NCBI GenBank assembly: GCA_047601445.1
Contig: JASGJH010000001.1
Coordinates: 896,001-960,000 of the forward strand
DNA from: Myxococcales bacterium
Lineage (GTDB): Bacteria; Myxococcota_A; Polyangia; Polyangiales; DASUME01
Reading direction: 5' to 3'
DNA length: 64,000 nt
In this document: positions 59,969-64,000 of the stretch, piece after piece
How the letters are laid out: each line of letters begins with the position of its first letter
How positions within the stretch are numbered: the stretch's first letter is position 1
Position numbers and translations under genes: made by a program
The notes under the pieces: model-generated
Databases searched by the model: none
The model's input: the letters and a program-made list of their open reading frames with translations, nothing else
What the model was told of the DNA's origin: nothing

Positions 59969-60601
59969 TCAGGGGACGTTCGCGGCCTGGACGCCCTGGA
60001 CCCATCGGAACGTGAGGTTGATGCGAGCGGCTTGGATGCTCGGCTGCTTGGGGACGCCGTGCTTGTAGACATGCTGCGTCGCGCCGTTCATCACCAGCAG
60101 GCTGCCTGACTCGAGCTCCAGGTCCACCGCGAGCTCGCCGTCGGCGGCGGCTGCGCGCTGCTTGCCGTAGTCGCGATGTCGCAGCACGAAGCGGCGCGTG
60201 GCACCCAGCGAGAGCGATGCCACGAGCGGGTCCGGGCCGAGCTCGGGTTCGCGATCGGCGTGCATGCCCATGCTGTCATGGCCGTCGCGGTACAGGTTGC
60301 AGAGCACGCTGTTGAAGGGCCTATCCACGGCGAGCTCGATCTCACGCCGCAGCGCTGCGAGCGTCGGGGTCCACGGCAGCGGCACGTGGCGCGTGCGCGA
60401 GTACGTGTACACCGCTTCCGGATCGCCGACCCAAGCCACGAGCCGTGGTTGCATCACCTTGCGCCCGTAGAGTTCGATTTCGCGCTGAGCCCAGGGCACC
60501 TCCGTGAGCAGCGCGTCGAACAACGCCTGCGCACGCTCTCTCTCGATCCAGCGCGGATCCAGCTCAAAATGAGCGCCATTCGCGAGCACGAGCCGTTGCA
60601 T
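59969..60601 (-). CDS. AlkB family (ALKBH2/3-like) 2OG-Fe(II) dioxygenase
   Basis: QPRLVAW, FNSVLCNLYRDG.DSMGMHAD.E, SLSLG, KHGVPK and RINLTFR motifs. Confidence 0.92.
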   Translation of the reverse strand: MQRLVLANGAHFELDPRWIERERAQALFDALLTEVPWAQREIELYGRKVMQPRLVAWVGDPEAVYTYSRTRHVPLPWTPTLAALRREIELAVDRPFNSVLCNLYRDGHDSMGMHADREPELGPDPLVASLSLGATRRFVLRHRDYGKQRAAAADGELAVDLELESGSLLVMNGATQHVYKHGVPKQPSIQAARINLTFRWVQGVQAANVP

Positions 60602-60651
60602 CTCGGCGCCAAGGCTTGAACCATCCGCGCGACCGCGCCACGATCGTGGAG

Positions 60652-61374
60652 ATGTATTTGGCTGTTGGTCGTGCATGTTCCGCTAGCTCGCTGATCGCAT
60701 GGGTCGTGATGGGCAGTGCCTGCGCAGGAGATGGTAAGCACGCCCACGAGAGCCCGCACGATAATGACTCGAGTGACGAAGCAGGCATAGGCAGCGATGC
60801 GGGCGAAGAGCCGGCGGAGGTCGATGCCGCGCCGAGCGGCGCCGACGCCGGTGGTGATGTTGAAGACGCCGCCGCCTCTGAAGACGCGGGCGACGAAGAT
60901 GCGGGAGAGGAAGCGCGGCTGTCACCGTGCAGCGTCTGCACGACCTGCGAACATGCGGTGCCGTTGCCGGCCACGGCGAATCACATCGAGGGCAATATCG
61001 ATTACACCGACCCGCCTCCCGCAGGTGGAGATCACAACCCGTGTTGGTTGAACTTTGGCGTCTATGATCAGGAAAGGCCTGATGAACGCTGGGTTCACAA
61101 CCTCGAGCACGGAGGCGTGGTTTTCCTTTACCACTGCCCCAAGGGATGCCCGGCAGAGCTCGCCGAATTGAAGAAACTCACGGTCGGCAAGGAACAGGTG
61201 TTGCTCACACCCTACGCCGCGCTGCCCACCAAGTTCGCTGCTGTTTCTTGGGGCTATCGTTTGCTCACGAACTGCTTCAACACCAAGCAGTTCGCGGGCT
61301 TCTACGCCACCCACGTCGACCACGGACCCGAGTCGATCAAGTACGGACCACCCTCCGCCTACTGTCCTCCGTGA
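60652..61374 (+). CDS. DUF3105 domain protein, probable lipoprotein
   Basis: Y..PPP.GG.H, VHNLEHGGV and HGPE motifs; acidic DAG-rich linker. Confidence 0.8.
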   Translation: MYLAVGRACSASSLIAWVVMGSACAGDGKHAHESPHDNDSSDEAGIGSDAGEEPAEVDAAPSGADAGGDVEDAAASEDAGDEDAGEEARLSPCSVCTTCEHAVPLPATANHIEGNIDYTDPPPAGGDHNPCWLNFGVYDQERPDERWVHNLEHGGVVFLYHCPKGCPAELAELKKLTVGKEQVLLTPYAALPTKFAAVSWGYRLLTNCFNTKQFAGFYATHVDHGPESIKYGPPSAYCPP

Positions 61375-61539
61375 TTCGTGCGCGCTGGACGTCACGGTGA
61401 CAGCAGTTCGAAACGCAAATGTGTGTTCTGCTTACTAGTCGGTGATGTCTCTCAAAAATAGCGCTTTTCGACGCATTCGATGCATTGCGCAAAGCGCGAA
61501 AAAAAGACGATATTGCGCCCAGAGAAATTCCGCGCGCAC

Positions 61540-62040
61540 ATGAGTTCCGACGACATCACGACTTACGACGAGTATTCACGCTTCGTTCGCCACGCCATGG
61601 AACATCTCGAACAGCAGCAGCACCGCATCCGCCGTGCGCTGCGTGATCGCGATCGTCACGTTCTGCGGCGCTGCGGACGAGCCCTTACCTTGCAGATGCG
61701 AGGCTTCCCGATCCTTTCCTCCGCGGTGGTGCTCGCCGGTCGCTACGACCACGAGCGCTCGCTGTGGCGTTGGGGATGGACGGACCGCGAGACCGGCACC
61801 GAACTCGCGCACGCCCTCGAGGACGTGCGCGCCGTCGGCGAATCGCGGGGCTTTCATCAGCTCACCCGCGACAGCTGGACTGCGCGTCGTGACGAGGCCT
61901 GGCAGATGGTCTCCATCGCCACCTTGTTGCTCGACGGTCGCGGCGCGTACACCATCGAAGACGGTTTCGTGCACAGCTACTACGTGCTGCTCGATCCGAT
62001 GACCTTCGAGAGCTCACCGCCCGACAGCGGCGAGTGGTGA
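61540..62040 (+). CDS. Hypothetical protein, DUF6882-like
   Basis: LAGRYD...LWRWGW and VRAVGE..GF..LT patterns. Confidence 0.55.
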   Translation: MSSDDITTYDEYSRFVRHAMEHLEQQQHRIRRALRDRDRHVLRRCGRALTLQMRGFPILSSAVVLAGRYDHERSLWRWGWTDRETGTELAHALEDVRAVGESRGFHQLTRDSWTARRDEAWQMVSIATLLLDGRGAYTIEDGFVHSYYVLLDPMTFESSPPDSGEW

Positions 62041-62044
62041 ACGC

Positions 62045-62830
62045 TCAAGGCAGCGCGAACAAGAGGCCGATCACGGCCGCTTTGCCGGTGCGACTGACCC
62101 ACGGCGCCCAGCGCGAGTCGGGGCGGAAGTAGCGGTAGGTGTCCATCACTGCCGGGACCAGCAGCATCGACGCGTAGTAGGCGGGATGGAAGCCGATCAG
62201 GCGTGCGCTGCTCGAGAGGTCGCCCTGCGGATTCTCGATGCCCGTAAGCGCGGCCGTCGCATAGCCCACCGAGAGCAGCACGTTGAACGCCAGCAAGCCC
62301 TTGCGGAACGGCGCCACGCGATAGCGCAGGTCGGGCGTGCGCGTGAGCAGGATCTCGTCGGTGAGATGCTGCACGTTGTAGCCCGCGGACGTGATCGCGA
62401 ACTTGCCTCGCGGGCCTGACCAGAACTCCGATCCGTCGTGCTTGTAGCAGCGGGCGTCCTCGCAGTAGATGCGCGGCGCGATCGTGAAGAAGGGGATGAA
62501 CCCGAAGCCCAGGATGCCCTGAAACTGCGGCACGTTTCCCTGCACAAGATTGGCGAACACGTGCCCGGCCTCGTGCAAGAAGAAGCCCGAAATCGCGCCG
62601 GCCGCGAACCAGCCGAACGAGCGCCCATCGTGCACGTCGCTCCAGGTGGCGTTGGGGTCGCGCTTGATCCTCAGGTCCACGGGGACTTCGTCGCGCTCGT
62701 GGCGGATGGTCACTTCCTGGGCGCGGGCAGTGAGAGCCGGCAGCGACGACGAAGTGAGGGCGGTGAGCCAGAGCAAAAGGCCAAGCAGACGAGGGGACAC
62801 AGGGCCCCAATGGTAGTGCCCAGCCCCCAT
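62045..62830 (-). CDS. Membrane protein with HExxH motif, M50-like metalloprotease candidate
   Basis: FFLHEAGH next to a hydrophobic segment, ITSAGY and QGDL motifs; start uncertain (62830 or 62881). Confidence 0.55.
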   Translation of the reverse strand: MGAGHYHWGPVSPRLLGLLLWLTALTSSSLPALTARAQEVTIRHERDEVPVDLRIKRDPNATWSDVHDGRSFGWFAAGAISGFFLHEAGHVFANLVQGNVPQFQGILGFGFIPFFTIAPRIYCEDARCYKHDGSEFWSGPRGKFAITSAGYNVQHLTDEILLTRTPDLRYRVAPFRKGLLAFNVLLSVGYATAALTGIENPQGDLSSSARLIGFHPAYYASMLLVPAVMDTYRYFRPDSRWAPWVSRTGKAAVIGLLFALP

Positions 62831-62987
62831 GCGCGTCGAATCCATGTCGGGATCGGACCGAGGATGTTTCGAGTGCGGCATCGGTCCGCGTTTACATTGA
62901 AAATCGAGGCCCTCCCGCTTAAGTCCCATCCATTCCCCGCAGGATGAAGCGCGCTGCAGACGCGGGGGTGGAAAGAGCATCGGCGAG

Positions 62988-63632
62988 ATGGACGAAGCGA
63001 ATGCGCTCTTGGTCCTGGTGGGCAGTCCCCGGCGCAACGGAAACTCGGCGGCGCTGGCCGGCGCTCTCGAGCGGGGCGCACGGGCAGCCGGCCACAGCGT
63101 GACGCTTGCCTTCGTGGACGATTACGTGACGAGCTTCCTGCGCGACTGTCGCAGCTGTCGGCGCGAGGATGGCGCCTGCCGCATCGAGGATGGCTTCGCG
63201 TCCCTGTTTTTCGAGCACTACCTGCCGGCGAAGGCCGTGGTGTTTGCGTCGCCCGTGTACTGGTATGGCCTTTCGGGGCAGCTCAAGACCTTCCTCGATC
63301 GCACGTTCTGCTACTACGCGGCATCCCACCCGCGCTCGGCCGAAGTCGTGGAGCGCATGTCGAACAAGCGCATCGGTCTCTTGCTTTCGTCGGAGGAGAC
63401 CTATCCCGGCGCGAGCCTAGGCATCGTGCATCAAGTCCAGGAGTTCGCGCGCTACACGCGCTCCAAGTTCGCGGGGATCGTGCGCGGGGTTGGCAATCGT
63501 CGAGGCGAGGTCGCGGACGATCCGGGAGCGCCTCTCGAGGCCGCCGAGCGCATGGGGCGCGAGCTATTCGAGCGAACCTACTCCGACTATCACATCGACA
63601 CGCCGCGTCGCGGACGGGTGTGGGGCGATTGA
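62988..63632 (+). CDS. Flavodoxin-like NADPH-dependent FMN reductase / iron-sulfur flavoprotein family
   Basis: VGSPRRNGNS, CRSC....C and FASPVYWYGLSGQLKTFLDR motifs. Confidence 0.88.
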   Translation: MDEANALLVLVGSPRRNGNSAALAGALERGARAAGHSVTLAFVDDYVTSFLRDCRSCRREDGACRIEDGFASLFFEHYLPAKAVVFASPVYWYGLSGQLKTFLDRTFCYYAASHPRSAEVVERMSNKRIGLLLSSEETYPGASLGIVHQVQEFARYTRSKFAGIVRGVGNRRGEVADDPGAPLEAAERMGRELFERTYSDYHIDTPRRGRVWGD

Positions 63633-64000
63633 GGGCCGCTTCGCGGACCTCCGCGACGTGTTGGAGGGGCGCATCGACGATGGACCCGGACTTTCGCGGA
63701 CGACTCACCTGGGGAGATCTCGGCGAAGACGTGACGGCCAATTCGGACACGTCGATCGCCAAACCATGCCTGAGCATGCGGGCGTCAACGCAGGCATCGA
63801 CGGCCGCGACCGTTCCCACGAGTGGCGCAATCCTTACGTCGACAACAAGGTGGACCTGACCATCTGGCGCCAGTTCGATCGCACCCAGCACAATCAGCCT
63901 GCGAGACAGCGTGGCGCACCTTCCGGCGGCGGCGTTTGCAGCTGCGGGGGATGCGGGTGAGCTCCTCGACGCCATCGATGCGCTGGCGGCGGCCGTGGAG

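Noticed and set aside
63857..63859. Selenocysteine or readthrough TGA
   Set aside because: The upstream peptide is not convincingly coding, there is no redox motif, and I saw no evident SECIS-like hairpin.

Overview
High-GC, gene-dense chromosomal window. Gene content points to a myxobacterium (Myxococcota): a Hanks-type Ser/Thr kinase with a PEGA-like domain, Cys-rich lipoproteins, an AgmX/PglI-like domain protein and a PilZ protein. Most genes are housekeeping or envelope related: a partial dnaE2, a cobamide nucleotide-loop cluster (cobS-cobU-cbiB-cobD) followed by a UbiD decarboxylase, pyk, trmO, lepB, infA, uvrA, mscL, a tolC-like gene, pepN, rsmG, dgt, aspC, rpmG and an alkB-like gene. 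I saw no rRNA, tRNA, CRISPR array, integrase or transposase. Main observations: (1) a translationally coupled four-gene minus-strand operon (46014-50701) with the architecture of a Zorya type III ion-motor anti-phage system, in a non-mobile context, with 29-aa repeats in the ZorA tail and a probable CTG start on the last gene; (2) a bacterial homologue of the eukaryotic RNA-cap trimethylguanosine synthase Tgs1 directly upstream of an N-terminally extended IF-1, with a LexA-like box in its divergent promoter region; (3) an RlmD-type methyltransferase fused to a degenerate RluA-type pseudouridine synthase; (4) a hydrolase/acyl-CoA-synthetase fusion with a degenerate adenylation loop; (5) small ORFs below the ORF-track cutoff, a single-base frameshift, operator-like palindromes and structured hairpins. 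All family assignments come from motifs recognised by eye; no database searches were run.
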